A stretch of DNA of 64,000 bases from Bacteroidia bacterium (lineage in GTDB: Bacteria; Bacteroidota; Bacteroidia; JADZBD01): positions 19,722 through 83,721 of the forward strand of contig JAGVMA010000044.1 in NCBI GenBank assembly GCA_020054095.1. Reading direction: 5' to 3'. The translations under genes were made by a program, and so were the position numbers. This document shows, piece by piece, positions 9,967 to 20,585 of the stretch. How positions within the stretch are numbered: position 1 is the first letter of the stretch; every line of letters starts with the position of its first letter. The notes beneath the pieces are model-generated. The model did not search any database, had not been told where the DNA came from, and saw only the letters and a list, made by a program, of their open reading frames with translations.

Positions 9967-10734
9967 ATGGCAAAAATAATTTCGTATAACCTCAATGGCA
10001 TACGTGCTTCATTAAAAAAAGGATTGGCAGATTGGGTATTGGCATCAAAAGCCGATGTTATTTGTTTTCAGGAAATAAAAGCAACCCCCGAGCAATTTGA
10101 TGTTGGCGTTTTTGAGCAAATGGGTTACCACCACTATTGGTATCCGGCCGAAAAAAAGGGTTACAGCGGTGTGGCCATTTTATCAAAACAAAAACCCGAT
10201 AATGTGGAAATAGGTTGTGGCATTAAGCAATACGATGCCGAAGGCCGCTGGTTACGTGCCGATTTTGGCGATGTATCAGTGGTTAGCGCTTATTTTCCAT
10301 CGGGAACATCGGGCGATGAGCGTCAAAATTTCAAGTACCGATTTTTAGATGATACACACATTTATGTAAACAAACTAAAGAAAAAACGCCCAAAACTCAT
10401 TATTTCGGGCGATTACAATATTTGCCACAAGGCCATTGATATTCATAATCCGGTTAGCAATGCAAAATCATCGGGCTTTTTGCCCGAAGAACGCGAATGG
10501 CTGAGTAGGTTTATTGACAGCGGCTTTATTGATAGTTTTAGGCATTTTAATGCCGAGCCGCACCAGTATAGCTGGTGGAGCCAGCGATTTAATTCAAGAG
10601 CCAAAAACTTGGGCTGGCGCATAGATTACCACATGGTGAGCCAAAATTTAGAAAAGCAACTTAAGCGAGCCGCTATTTTACCCGAAGCCAAGCACAGCGA
10701 CCATTGCCCTATATTGGTGGAGGTAGATTTTTAG
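9967..10734 (+). CDS. xth: Exodeoxyribonuclease III
   Basis: SYNLNGIRA, QEIKA, GYSGVA, GDYNICH, GWRIDY, SDHCP. Confidence 0.95.
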   Translation: MAKIISYNLNGIRASLKKGLADWVLASKADVICFQEIKATPEQFDVGVFEQMGYHHYWYPAEKKGYSGVAILSKQKPDNVEIGCGIKQYDAEGRWLRADFGDVSVVSAYFPSGTSGDERQNFKYRFLDDTHIYVNKLKKKRPKLIISGDYNICHKAIDIHNPVSNAKSSGFLPEEREWLSRFIDSGFIDSFRHFNAEPHQYSWWSQRFNSRAKNLGWRIDYHMVSQNLEKQLKRAAILPEAKHSDHCPILVEVDF

Positions 10735-10791
10735 CTCATTTTTGCTTTTTTTATAGTGCATATTTCTTTTTGCACATTTGCCACACATTGT

Positions 10792-10799
10792 TACTTTTG
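10792..10799 (+). promoter_or_regulatory. Bacteroidota sigma70 -7 element
   Basis: TACTTTTG matches TAnnTTTG about 90 bp upstream of the SBP gene, with TTTG further upstream. Confidence 0.5.
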
Positions 10800-10889
10800 C
10801 TTGTTCAGATTTTCCCATGAAACAGCAAAACACAATTTGCCGTTTTTGAATCTGAACACAACAAAACCGAAACAAGACAGAATAAGCGT

Positions 10890-12656
10890 ATGAAAAAATT
10901 ACTGGTTATTTTATTTGCCGCCTCAGCATCGTTATTTATAACATCGTGCGGTGGTGGCGCTGATGATGAAAATCAATCAACACAAGGCAAAGGCGGAGTT
11001 TATTACGGAGGAGTTTTCCGAATGAACGAAACCGAAAACTTTCGCGATTTATATCCGCTCAATGTTACCGAGGTGGTTTCGCAGCGTATCACTAACCAAA
11101 TTTACGAGGGCTTGGTAAAATTAGATCAGGCCGATTTAAAAATTATTCCTTCGATAGCCGAAAAGTGGGAGAAAAACGAAGATGCCACCGTGTGGACTTT
11201 TTACATGCGCAAAGGCGTTATGTTTCATGATGATTCTTGTTTCGCGGCTGGCAAAGGCCGCGAGGTAAAAGCGCAAGATTTTAAATGGTGTTTCGATAAA
11301 TTGTGCGAAGCATCGGTAAACAACCAGCAATACTATGTTACATTTAAAGATCGTGTGGTGGGTGCCGATGAATATTTTAAATCTACCGAAGAAAAAAAAC
11401 CATTAGCAGGTGGAGTTTCAGGAGTAAAAGTGATAGACGATTACACATTACAAGTTACTTTAAAATTTCCGTTTGCCGGATTTGAAAACATATTGGCAAT
11501 GCCCGGCTGCTGGGTTTATCCGCACGAAGCATTTGAATCTTATGGCGAAGCAATGCGCGCACACTGCGTGGGCACAGGTCCGTTTAAAGTGAATACAATT
11601 GTGGAAGGCGATGTGGTGCTGCTTGAGAAAAACACTAACTACTGGCAAATAGACGAATATGGCAACAAATTACCTTACTTGCAAGGCGTTAAATTCTTTT
11701 TCAAAAAAGAAAAGAAACAGGAATTTTTAATGTTCCGCAACGGAGAGTTGGATATGATTTTCCGTATCCCTAACGAAATGTTTGGCGAAATATTAGCCGA
11801 GCAAAAAGAAGCAAAAGATAATAATCGCCCATTTGAATTACAAAACTGTGCTGCTATGGCAACCTACTATTATGGTTTCCTTAACCCAAGTGCACCATTC
11901 GATAAAAAAGAAATTCGCATGGCATTTAACTTGGCCATTGACAGAGAAAAAATTGTGAAGTTTACTTTAAAAGGCGATGGATTACCTGCCACACATGGTG
12001 CTGTGCCCGAATTAGATGCCTTTAAATCAAAAGGATTTAATTACGATAACGTGAAAGGTTATGCTTATGACCCCGATAAAGCACGCAAATTATTAGCCGA
12101 TGCGGGTTTTGCAGGCGGAAAAGGGTTCCCGAAAATTGTATTGCAAATTAATAGTGGCGGTGGCGATCGTAACGTACTTATTGCACAAGCCATAAAAGGT
12201 ATGTTGCAAGAAAACTTAGGTGTGGAGGCAGAAATAGATCAAATACCATTTGCCGAACATTTACAAAAACTAGAAACTGGCAAAACACTTTTCTGGCGCC
12301 AGGGCTGGATAGCCGATTACCCGGATCCGGAAACATTCCTTACTCTTTTCTTAAGTACACACGTGCCGGCTAAAATGGACGACCGCTCAACTACCAATCC
12401 GTTCCGTTTTAAAAGCGCAAAATTCGATTCGTTGTTTTTAGCCGCCATGAAAGAAACCGATGAGAAAAAACGCTTTGAGCTTTACTCGATGGCCGATGCA
12501 ATTGTTACTGACGAAGCTCCTTTTATGCCATTAGTGTATGACGAAAGCTATCGCCTGATACAAACCAATGTGAAAAATTTTCCGGTTAACGCAATGGAGT
12601 ACCGCGATTTAACCAAAACGTATTTTGTTCCTAAAAAAGAGAATAAGAAAAAATAG
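10890..12656 (+). CDS. Family 5 (OppA/DppA-like) ABC substrate-binding lipoprotein
   Basis: Lipobox ITSC, IYEGLV, GTGPF, R.AFNLAIDR, GWIADYPDPETFL. No permease genes are adjacent. Confidence 0.9.
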   Translation: MKKLLVILFAASASLFITSCGGGADDENQSTQGKGGVYYGGVFRMNETENFRDLYPLNVTEVVSQRITNQIYEGLVKLDQADLKIIPSIAEKWEKNEDATVWTFYMRKGVMFHDDSCFAAGKGREVKAQDFKWCFDKLCEASVNNQQYYVTFKDRVVGADEYFKSTEEKKPLAGGVSGVKVIDDYTLQVTLKFPFAGFENILAMPGCWVYPHEAFESYGEAMRAHCVGTGPFKVNTIVEGDVVLLEKNTNYWQIDEYGNKLPYLQGVKFFFKKEKKQEFLMFRNGELDMIFRIPNEMFGEILAEQKEAKDNNRPFELQNCAAMATYYYGFLNPSAPFDKKEIRMAFNLAIDREKIVKFTLKGDGLPATHGAVPELDAFKSKGFNYDNVKGYAYDPDKARKLLADAGFAGGKGFPKIVLQINSGGGDRNVLIAQAIKGMLQENLGVEAEIDQIPFAEHLQKLETGKTLFWRQGWIADYPDPETFLTLFLSTHVPAKMDDRSTTNPFRFKSAKFDSLFLAAMKETDEKKRFELYSMADAIVTDEAPFMPLVYDESYRLIQTNVKNFPVNAMEYRDLTKTYFVPKKENKKK

Positions 12657-12680
12657 TTTTTTTCTTATTTATAATTTGTA

Positions 12681-12718
12681 AAAATCCCTTGCTGTGTGGC
12701 CAGGGATTTTTATTTTTT
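12681..12718 (+). terminator. Intrinsic terminator
   Basis: AAAATCCCT…AGGGATTTT followed by a T run. Confidence 0.7.
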
Positions 12719-12896
12719 ACTAAGCCGCACAATTTCCTGAAGTAGGGCATTTTCTTTTTTTAGCTGGGCGAAAAAATTAAATCATGCAGTTTTTATAGTT
12801 TATATAAAATGCGGATGCAGCAAACTAACGGCAGTATTTAATTTTTATTGTGTGCAGTTTTGTTAACGAATGTTAAAATAAGGTTGATAGGGAAGG

Positions 12897-12959
12897 GTTA
12901 TTGCGAGCAATAGGTCGTGCTTAGACAAGCCCGCCTGCGGCAGGCAGGTTCAGGATGAC
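12897..12959. repeat. Degenerate REP-like elements with a nested GCCTGC/GCAGGC palindrome
   Basis: GTTATTGCGAGC at about 12898, then CTTAGACAAGC-CCGCCTGCGGCAGGCAGG-TTCAGGATGAC. Confidence 0.5.
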
Positions 12960-13071
12960 TTACGCATTGTTACACAGAGACTATCTAAGCGGAGAAGAAA
13001 CCTTGTTTTATGCAGATTGTGAAGAACTTAATTTGCGCTACCATGCAATGCTAATAACTGAGCACAAAAAA

Positions 13072-13500
13072 TTATTTATTTCTGAAAGTCAATATTTTTT
13101 CAAAATCAAGAAGTTTAAGCATCTTAAAATCATTTGCATAGTGTTTTATGTATTCGCTTACTGGTAATGCAACCACATTTAAGAAATGATTTTCTTTTTG
13201 CTCCAATATGTAATTATCTAACCACATATAATCTTTCTTTAATTGCAATCCAGCTTCATCGCCCTCGATGAGCATTGAAAGCTTCTTGGCTTCTGCAAAG
13301 TTTGTGCAAATAAATCCTTGCCTTAGGTTTTCGGCCGAATGTAGTCTTAACTTATAAATATCTTTTCCGTCAATTATTAAATGATGTTGCTGCCATTTAT
13401 AGCAAGCCTCCTTATTTGAATAGATGAAATCAATGTAGGGTTCGCCCGCTTTAACTATTTTTTTATCATACTCCTTTAAATTTTCAAATGCAAAAATCAT
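13072..13500 (-). CDS. Hypothetical protein translationally coupled to the RM gene
   Basis: 142-aa ORF with an ATGA overlap on the RM stop codon; no recognisable motif. Confidence 0.7.
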   Translation of the reverse strand: MIFAFENLKEYDKKIVKAGEPYIDFIYSNKEACYKWQQHHLIIDGKDIYKLRLHSAENLRQGFICTNFAEAKKLSMLIEGDEAGLQLKKDYMWLDNYILEQKENHFLNVVALPVSEYIKHYANDFKMLKLLDFEKILTFRNK

Positions 13501-16500
13501 TTTCTTTCAATTATTTTTATTTCTTCTTTGGTAAGGTCGTAAAGTTTATAAACCAATTCGTCAATTTTCCTTTCCTGTTCGCTACTGTCTTTGCTTTGTT
13601 GTTTGAGTGAAATTATCTTGTCAACCAGTTTTGCTATTTCGTTAGCGTCTTTGTCAGCCGGTTTGTAAATAGGAATTTCAAGTAATGGTTCTTTGTCTAA
13701 TTGATAAGCGTTGCCTTGCATTTTACCTTTTTTGCGAAGCCAAAAAGCAACAAGTTTTGAGTTGAGCAAACCTGTCAAATATTTTAAGTTTATTCTTTTT
13801 GAACGAATAACATTAAAAGACATCATTACATATGCTTCTTCTTCCGTGAATGCAAATGTTGGAACAGCACATTTTCTAACACTTAAAATTTTCTCACCTT
13901 TTTCAAAGAAATATTCATCTCTTGGCCAATGCAAATTATTAAAACCGAGTTTGCCCTGTTGGTTTTCTCTGCGGTCTTCCATAATCTCCTTGAATTTCTC
14001 TAAATGAGAAATAAGTTTTGGTGCATCGTTTTTGAAATTCTTCTTTGTGATGTAGATAATCTCTTTGTCAAAATCATTTATTGAATACTTGTCAATTAGA
14101 TAAGGCTCGTAAACAGGTTTAATGTATCTGCTTTCTTTCACAGATAATTTTCCGAAAAAACCTTTATCAATAATGAAAACACCATCGCCAACTTTTATAT
14201 TTTCTTTTTTTACTCTTGCCGCTGGTAATTTTAGAATGTTATTATTGTTTACAACATCAGGATTAGGAACAATTCCCTGAGCAATTTCTTTCTTTGGGTC
14301 AATTATGAAATTGTGTTTTGTTTTTATCTTCTCAAGCAATCCTGAGTTTTCGTCTGTGTTAAAAGTCAATGGCTTATCAATTAAATTGCCTTTCAATATT
14401 GTTGGTGAAAGTAAATTTGATTTTTCGGTTTCTGTTCCATCAAGTAAGTTTAACACATCCTGCAAAACAAGTTTATCACCTTCTAACCGTCTGTAATCAA
14501 AACTATAATTGTCTGCTGTTTTGGTGTTTTTGAAAAGCATTATCATAGTTTGAATAGAGGCGTTTTCAAAAATCATATATGCACCAAAGTCAGTAAGATT
14601 TACGATTTGGCTATTTTGAATTACAATGTTTCTGAAATTTGATGCCCCTGCATTTGTACCCCAGTTGTTTGTTGCGATGTAACACAAATAATTATCTCGT
14701 TTCAAAATCTTTAAACCTAAATCGCCAAACAAATACCAAATGTCCATTTTACCCTGATAACATTCAAGGTTTCGCAAGCCATTAAAAGCATCACGGTTTG
14801 TATCTTCTTTGATGTATGGCGGATTTCCAATGATTAAATCAAAACCTTCAAACTCACCTTTGTTGTTAAGCACTTCGGGAAATTCAAAACGCCATTCAAA
14901 AGCGTTTTTGTATAAAGCATTAGATTTTATCTCCTCAATTTCTTTTGAAAGTTTATTTATATCATCCTCAAGTTTTTTCTGCCTTTCCTTTAAATCTTTT
15001 TTATAGTTTTTATTTCCATAGTTTGGTTCATCCTCTTTCACCATTCCTTTAAACAAATTGGGAGAAACAATAAGATAAAGTTCTTCGCTTAATTTTTGTA
15101 GCCGCTTAACTTTCGGGTCGTTTTTATAAATCTCGGTTCTGAAATCGCCTTTAATGGTGTCAATAATTTTCTGCAATCCCCTTTTTACATCACGATTTTT
15201 TTCGTTTTTATATTCGTTTACAAAACCCCTGTATGCTTTTATGTCGTGCTTTATGCTTTTCAGAGCTTTACTCAAATCAGCATCTAATGGAAAACGGCTT
15301 AATAAACTGTTTGCGCATTTTATATTGATGTCAATGTTTGGAAGCGTTTCAAGCTCTGTGTATTCTGTTTCTTTGTAGTAAGCATTTTTCAACAATTCTA
15401 TCCATAAACGCAATCGGCATATAAGAACAGATTTTGGGTTAATGTCAACGCCAAACAAACAGTTTTCAATGATGGTTTGCTTTTGATGAAAAAGCGTTTT
15501 TTGGATTTTCTGTTTCGAAGAGTTTGTTATTCGCTCATATGCTGCTTTATCACCCCCAAAGCTATAAGAGATGCTTTTGTTTTGAATTTGAGGTGCTACA
15601 TAAGAAAAACGCTCGTATGTATCTTTGTCGTAAACATATAGTTCGTCATCTAAAACCTCAACTACTACATTATGCAACACATTGCCTTTTTCATCAGCCA
15701 AAATGCCTAACTCAGATTTGATAGCAATCATTTCATTGAGTGCAGAAACTAAAAAGTGTCCTGAACCTACTGCTGGGTCGCAGATGTGTAATGAATTGAT
15801 GATTTCATTTGCTTTTAAAATTTCTCCGGTTTTGAAAAGGCGCGAAGTGTAGTTCTTAATATCATCAAATTTGTCAAAAAGTTTTTTGCTTTTGTCTGCT
15901 AATGCTTCGTTGAACTTTTCTACAACCGCCAAACGGATTGATTGACGGCACATATACATTGTGATAAATGCAGGTGTGAAAATTGAACCGTCACGGTAGC
16001 CGTTTATTTTTTCAAATACTTTTCCAAGAACGGAAGCATTTATCAGTTGCTTGTTGTCTTTTTGCCAATCTTCTGACCCTTCGCTTGCAAAATCGTAAGC
16101 ATCTAAAAATTGAAACAAGTAATCCAAAGAGGGCAGCGAAGCTGTCTTCTTTTTGATTTCTTTTAAGATGGTTGTATTTATTATTTCAAGCTGTCCGTCA
16201 TTTTCAAGCGAATTGATTTTGATCGTTTGGTCTTCCAGTTCGCTGATTTCAAATAGAGAACTGTTTAAGTATGGAACACGGTTGTATTTTGATTTGATTA
16301 GCCCTGTTCTGTCAGCAATGTTTACCGCTAAAACTTTGTGAAACAGTTTAAACAGTTCATCATAGTCGTGAATGGTTTCTGAATTAAGGAAACGATAATC
16401 TTTATTTCCTTGATGATAGGCAATGAGTTGACCTTCCAATAATTTCAAAAACAAAATCCTGTTTATCCAAGTAATACAGAGTTCTAAAGCAATATTGAAA

Positions 16501-17450
16501 GTTTGTTCTTCTTTGTTTTCGCCATAAACTTTGATGTCGGGAATACGGTGAAATGTATCTTCTGTTTTTAATGCTTCAATTGTTAGTTCAATAAGTGAAG
16601 CGGCATTTTTGTTTTCCTTCTTTCGTCTAATTACATTTTTTGTTCCTTCTCTTGCTTCTTCCAGTCCGATGATATGAAGCAACTCTTTGTAAAATCTTTC
16701 ATTTAGTGTGTTGCTGTCGTTTGGCGAAACAATTTTCAAAAGATGCTGTGGCGAAAGAATTTTGTAAAGTGCAACAAGTTCTTTGTCGTCATCCGTTTTA
16801 GTGTTACGGAGAATTTTCTCGTAATCCCTAATGTCAAAATAAACGCAAGGAATTTCAACCTCTATTTTAGAAACAATTTTTGCAATCTCTTCATAAAACC
16901 AAGGATTATCTTTCTTGTCGTTTACTTTGGTTTCGTATAGTTTTCGGATTTGTGTGTTTCGGTAAATATGTTTGTCAAAGTAGTTTGCATCAATGATAAA
17001 CCATTGGTTGATGTCAGTAACAACCAGATGTTTTAGCTGCACATTTTCCTTTGCGTTTCTTTCTGTCAGGTAATAAAGAATGAGTTCGTGTAATGCTTTT
17101 TTGTTGGCATTGTGAGCCGTAATCATTTCTTTAGCATTGGAAGGTCGTTTTGCTTCAATAATTACCGCAACATCCGTGTCTGTTGATTTGCCAATGTGAA
17201 TTACCAAATCTTTTTTGTCTTTGGTGTTTATGGCGTTGCTATCAATGTAGAAAGTGTCACGAAGGAAGTCGCGGAGATTGTTTTTTAAGTGTTCTTCGCT
17301 TTCGTCTTTGGGTTGCTTTTCAATAACACTAATCTTGTCAAACAAAGCAATCAAGTTGTTTTTAAACTTGTCTCTTTCGCTTTCTGAAGGTCGTTGCTTC
17401 AAAAATGCTTTAATTGCTTTTTTGGGTGATTGTGTTACTAATTTCATCAA
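13497..17450 (-). CDS. Type IIG restriction-modification fusion (endonuclease + N6-adenine MTase + TaqI_C-like TRD; Eco57I-like)
   Basis: N-terminal D…IIEAK nuclease motif, MTase motif I DPAVGSGHFL, GVDIN, motif IV GNPPY, C-terminal YLTGLLNSKL…IDELVYKLYDLT. Confidence 0.92.
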   Translation of the reverse strand: MMKLVTQSPKKAIKAFLKQRPSESERDKFKNNLIALFDKISVIEKQPKDESEEHLKNNLRDFLRDTFYIDSNAINTKDKKDLVIHIGKSTDTDVAVIIEAKRPSNAKEMITAHNANKKALHELILYYLTERNAKENVQLKHLVVTDINQWFIIDANYFDKHIYRNTQIRKLYETKVNDKKDNPWFYEEIAKIVSKIEVEIPCVYFDIRDYEKILRNTKTDDDKELVALYKILSPQHLLKIVSPNDSNTLNERFYKELLHIIGLEEAREGTKNVIRRKKENKNAASLIELTIEALKTEDTFHRIPDIKVYGENKEEQTFNIALELCITWINRILFLKLLEGQLIAYHQGNKDYRFLNSETIHDYDELFKLFHKVLAVNIADRTGLIKSKYNRVPYLNSSLFEISELEDQTIKINSLENDGQLEIINTTILKEIKKKTASLPSLDYLFQFLDAYDFASEGSEDWQKDNKQLINASVLGKVFEKINGYRDGSIFTPAFITMYMCRQSIRLAVVEKFNEALADKSKKLFDKFDDIKNYTSRLFKTGEILKANEIINSLHICDPAVGSGHFLVSALNEMIAIKSELGILADEKGNVLHNVVVEVLDDELYVYDKDTYERFSYVAPQIQNKSISYSFGGDKAAYERITNSSKQKIQKTLFHQKQTIIENCLFGVDINPKSVLICRLRLWIELLKNAYYKETEYTELETLPNIDINIKCANSLLSRFPLDADLSKALKSIKHDIKAYRGFVNEYKNEKNRDVKRGLQKIIDTIKGDFRTEIYKNDPKVKRLQKLSEELYLIVSPNLFKGMVKEDEPNYGNKNYKKDLKERQKKLEDDINKLSKEIEEIKSNALYKNAFEWRFEFPEVLNNKGEFEGFDLIIGNPPYIKEDTNRDAFNGLRNLECYQGKMDIWYLFGDLGLKILKRDNYLCYIATNNWGTNAGASNFRNIVIQNSQIVNLTDFGAYMIFENASIQTMIMLFKNTKTADNYSFDYRRLEGDKLVLQDVLNLLDGTETEKSNLLSPTILKGNLIDKPLTFNTDENSGLLEKIKTKHNFIIDPKKEIAQGIVPNPDVVNNNNILKLPAARVKKENIKVGDGVFIIDKGFFGKLSVKESRYIKPVYEPYLIDKYSINDFDKEIIYITKKNFKNDAPKLISHLEKFKEIMEDRRENQQGKLGFNNLHWPRDEYFFEKGEKILSVRKCAVPTFAFTEEEAYVMMSFNVIRSKRINLKYLTGLLNSKLVAFWLRKKGKMQGNAYQLDKEPLLEIPIYKPADKDANEIAKLVDKIISLKQQSKDSSEQERKIDELVYKLYDLTKEEIKIIERK

Positions 17451-17563
17451 ATATTCCTGTCAATAATTAAAAGACCTAAATTAGGTTTTTTGTCAGCAGA
17501 ATACATTAAAACTTTTTATTTGTTAAAAAATAAAGTAATTACTTGCAATTGGTGCGGTAGCCC

Positions 17564-18766
17564 TCAATACAAAAACGAATTATACGGATAACGGATGCTA
17601 TGCATTTTTTTAACCATATCGTAAAGGGTACTGCGCATTTCATCAATATTTTGTTTTTTAACGGCAGCAATAAAAACACATTTTATATTTTGGTTTCCCA
17701 TCCACGATTTTTTCCAATCATCGAGCGAATAGTTTCGCTTTGTTACAGGCGATAAATCAATAGGGTCTTTTTCTTCGTAAGTAAATGCATCAATTTTATT
17801 AAATACCAAAAGCGTAGGTTTATCGTGTGCTTTAATATCGGCAAGGGTTTGGTTCACCACATTTATTTGGTCTTCAAAATGGGGGTTAGAAATATCTACC
17901 ACGTGTACTAAAATATCTTCCTCGCGCACTTCGTCAAGTGTAGATTTAAATGATTCTACCAACTGTGTGGGCAGCTTGCGAATAAACCCAACTGTATCGC
18001 TCAGTAAAAAAGGTACATTGTCAATCACCACTTTTCGTACAGTAGTATCAAGCGTGGCAAATAATTTATTTTCAGCAAATACTTCTGATTTACTAAGCAT
18101 ATTCATAATAGTAGATTTTCCCACATTGGTATATCCCACCAAAGCAACTCGTATTAATTCGCCCCTGTTTTTTCGCTGGGTTGCCATTTGTTTATCTATG
18201 TCTACTAATTTTTGTTTTAACAGTGCAATGCGGTCGCGCAAAATTCTGCGGTCGCTTTCAATTTGCAATTCGCCCGAACCGCCACGAGTTCCGGTGCCAC
18301 CGCGCTGGCGCTCTAAGTGGGTCCACATACCGGTGAGGCGTGGCAGCATGTATTGGTAGTAAGCTAATTCTACTTGTGTTTTAGCATAAGCAGTTTGTGC
18401 CCGCTGCGAAAATATTTGCAGTATAAGCGAATTGCGGTCATGAATTTTTATGTTCAATTCTTTTTCCACATTTCGCATCTGCGATGGCGAAAGTTCATCA
18501 TCGAAAATTGCGATTTGTATTTTATGCTCATCTACATATTTTTTTATTTCCTGTAATTTTCCGCTGCCTACAAATGTTCGCACATCGGGCTTTTCGAGTT
18601 TTTGAGTAAAGCGTTTTTTTGCATCGGCACCATAAGTGAGTGCTAAGAATGCTAACTCATCTAAATACTCGTTTAATTTATTTTCATCTTGCTCACGATT
18701 AATTAAGCCAATGAGCAGTGCAGGAATTAAATCGGCAGGTTTTGTATGTTTAATTTTTTCGAGCAA
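17564..18766 (-). CDS. hflX: GTPase HflX
   Basis: FDDELSPSQ, RLTGMWTHLERQ, GYTNVGKS, LFATLDTT, DTVGFI, NKID. Confidence 0.96.
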   Translation of the reverse strand: MLEKIKHTKPADLIPALLIGLINREQDENKLNEYLDELAFLALTYGADAKKRFTQKLEKPDVRTFVGSGKLQEIKKYVDEHKIQIAIFDDELSPSQMRNVEKELNIKIHDRNSLILQIFSQRAQTAYAKTQVELAYYQYMLPRLTGMWTHLERQRGGTGTRGGSGELQIESDRRILRDRIALLKQKLVDIDKQMATQRKNRGELIRVALVGYTNVGKSTIMNMLSKSEVFAENKLFATLDTTVRKVVIDNVPFLLSDTVGFIRKLPTQLVESFKSTLDEVREEDILVHVVDISNPHFEDQINVVNQTLADIKAHDKPTLLVFNKIDAFTYEEKDPIDLSPVTKRNYSLDDWKKSWMGNQNIKCVFIAAVKKQNIDEMRSTLYDMVKKMHSIRYPYNSFLY

Positions 18767-18787
18767 GTGATTAGAAGTTGTAAGAAA

Positions 18788-19102
18788 TTATTTTTTTAGC
18801 GTTTCGAGAAATTCGATAACGGCATAAATTTCTTGGTCGGCCATAACAGCTTTCATAGGAGCCATTGCGCCTTTTCCATCTTTAATGGTTACAAATTGTG
18901 TTTTTTTGTCCATCATGCTTTTTGATAAATCGGCAGCACCGAGAGTTCCCTTTTTACCATCATCGCCATGGCATGTTACGCAATTGGCATTGTAAATATC
19001 TTTTCCTGATATAGGCCCGGTAGGTTCGGGTTTGCGGCTGGTGTTGCCTCCACATGAAAAAAATAATGCAGGTAAAAAAAATAGAAAATAATAAACACGC
19101 AT
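18788..19102 (-). CDS. Cytochrome c lipoprotein
   Basis: Lipobox FFSC, CVTCH haem motif, GKGAMAPM distal Met region. Confidence 0.88.
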   Translation of the reverse strand: MRVYYFLFFLPALFFSCGGNTSRKPEPTGPISGKDIYNANCVTCHGDDGKKGTLGAADLSKSMMDKKTQFVTIKDGKGAMAPMKAVMADQEIYAVIEFLETLKK

Positions 19103-19114
19103 CGTGAAAAAAAA

Positions 19115-19573
19115 TTAAAACCAACTTCTACCTGCACCCACAGTCATGAACGGCCAGGGAATGGAAACAAAAATGATGATTAATGCAAGGATGAAAAAGA
19201 TGGCCACTTTTTTATGTTTTGCTAAATCGGTTTTTGCACGTTTGCTTAACGCACTGCCGAGTGTTATTAAAACTATTGCAATCATCATCATCGCGATGTG
19301 CTCAACAGTATAGAAGCGTAACAGTTTGTCTTTCATTGCGGCTACCATATCGGCCATGCCCGCTTTTACAACAGGGCTCATAAAATACAAAGCCAAGCCG
19401 ATGAGCAGTTGTGTGTGCACGGCTATCACCGAAAAGGTTACCATTTTTTTGTCAGTGGCTAAAAATGGTTTGTTGCCCATCCATCCGCTCACCGATTTAA
19501 TGATTGCAAAAACGATGAACAGCAGTGCAACATAGCGCAGTGTGGAGTGTATAATTAGTAGTGAATCGTACAT
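19115..19573 (-). CDS. Four-helix membrane protein, cytochrome b-like
   Basis: Conserved His in HSTLRY, HTQLLIG and VEH; C-terminal IPWPF. Confidence 0.75.
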   Translation of the reverse strand: MYDSLLIIHSTLRYVALLFIVFAIIKSVSGWMGNKPFLATDKKMVTFSVIAVHTQLLIGLALYFMSPVVKAGMADMVAAMKDKLLRFYTVEHIAMMMIAIVLITLGSALSKRAKTDLAKHKKVAIFFILALIIIFVSIPWPFMTVGAGRSWF

Positions 19574-19593
19574 GATTTTATTTTTTTACAAAC

Positions 19594-20580
19594 CTACATA
19601 AATTTTTTCACCGCACTTATTATTTCATTTTCATCAATATTGTTCATGCAGTTAAAATGCCCTTTCGGACATTGCTTGTAACCAATTTTAGAACACGGGC
19701 GGCAAGCTAAGTTTTTTACTTCCACACATCTATTTTCTCCCTCTGGATTAGCTAATGAAAAATAAGGACTCATGCCAAATGCCGGAATGGTATTGCCCCA
19801 AACAGAAATAATTTTTTTTTGGAATGCAGCCGCAATGTGCATCATGCCGGTATCGTGTGTAATAACTGTTGCTGCTTGCTTTACTACCGATGCCGATTGG
19901 TTTAAATTTAATTTACCACAGGCGCTTATAATTTTTGTCGCTGAGTTTTTAATTATTTCGCCAGCAGTGGCTGCATCTTCTTTGCCGCCAATTAAAATAA
20001 TGGGTTCGTTTATTTTATTGCATATACTTATTATTTTTTTTGTGGGTAAGCGCTTGGTTGCAAATTGCGCACCTATTGCTATAGCAATAAATGGTTGAGC
20101 GATACCGAATTGCGAGGCAATATGCACCTCATCGCTTTTTGCGATAAAAAAATCTAAACCCTTGCCATCGTTTTTTAAATTTAATTCAGCGGCAGCATTA
20201 AAATACCTATCAACAATATGATTGTGCGGCATACTACGCTTAAAATTTACAGTAAGCCACTTTGCCAAATTTAGCTTGCTAAACGATTTTGATTTTTTGC
20301 CTAACAAAATTTTAGTTTGCAAGCTACGTGCGTTATTGTGCAAATCAATGATGTAATCAAAATTTTCTTTTTTTAACTCGGCAGCAATTTCGGTTACAGT
20401 TTTTTCAATGGTCCATAGTTTGCTGATGTATGGATTGTTTTCGAGCGTAGCCTTAAATTTTTTCTTAGTAATAAAATGAATTTCGGATCCGTTTAATTGC
20501 TCGCTTGCGCAGCGAATAACAGGTGTTGTTAAAACAATATCGCCAATGGAGCTGAAGCGTATGATTAATATTTTTTTCAA
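19594..20580 (-). CDS. Glycosyltransferase family 9 (LPS heptosyltransferase-like)
   Basis: IRFSSIGDIVLT, DLH, HDTGMMHIAAA, CRPCSKIG…C. Confidence 0.9.
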   Translation of the reverse strand: MKKILIIRFSSIGDIVLTTPVIRCASEQLNGSEIHFITKKKFKATLENNPYISKLWTIEKTVTEIAAELKKENFDYIIDLHNNARSLQTKILLGKKSKSFSKLNLAKWLTVNFKRSMPHNHIVDRYFNAAAELNLKNDGKGLDFFIAKSDEVHIASQFGIAQPFIAIAIGAQFATKRLPTKKIISICNKINEPIILIGGKEDAATAGEIIKNSATKIISACGKLNLNQSASVVKQAATVITHDTGMMHIAAAFQKKIISVWGNTIPAFGMSPYFSLANPEGENRCVEVKNLACRPCSKIGYKQCPKGHFNCMNNIDENEIISAVKKFM

Positions 20581-20585
20581 AAAAA

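Noticed and set aside
12955..13167. 70-aa plus-strand ORF
   Set aside because: Starts inside a REP remnant, overlaps the convergent 142-aa ORF and has no recognisable motif.
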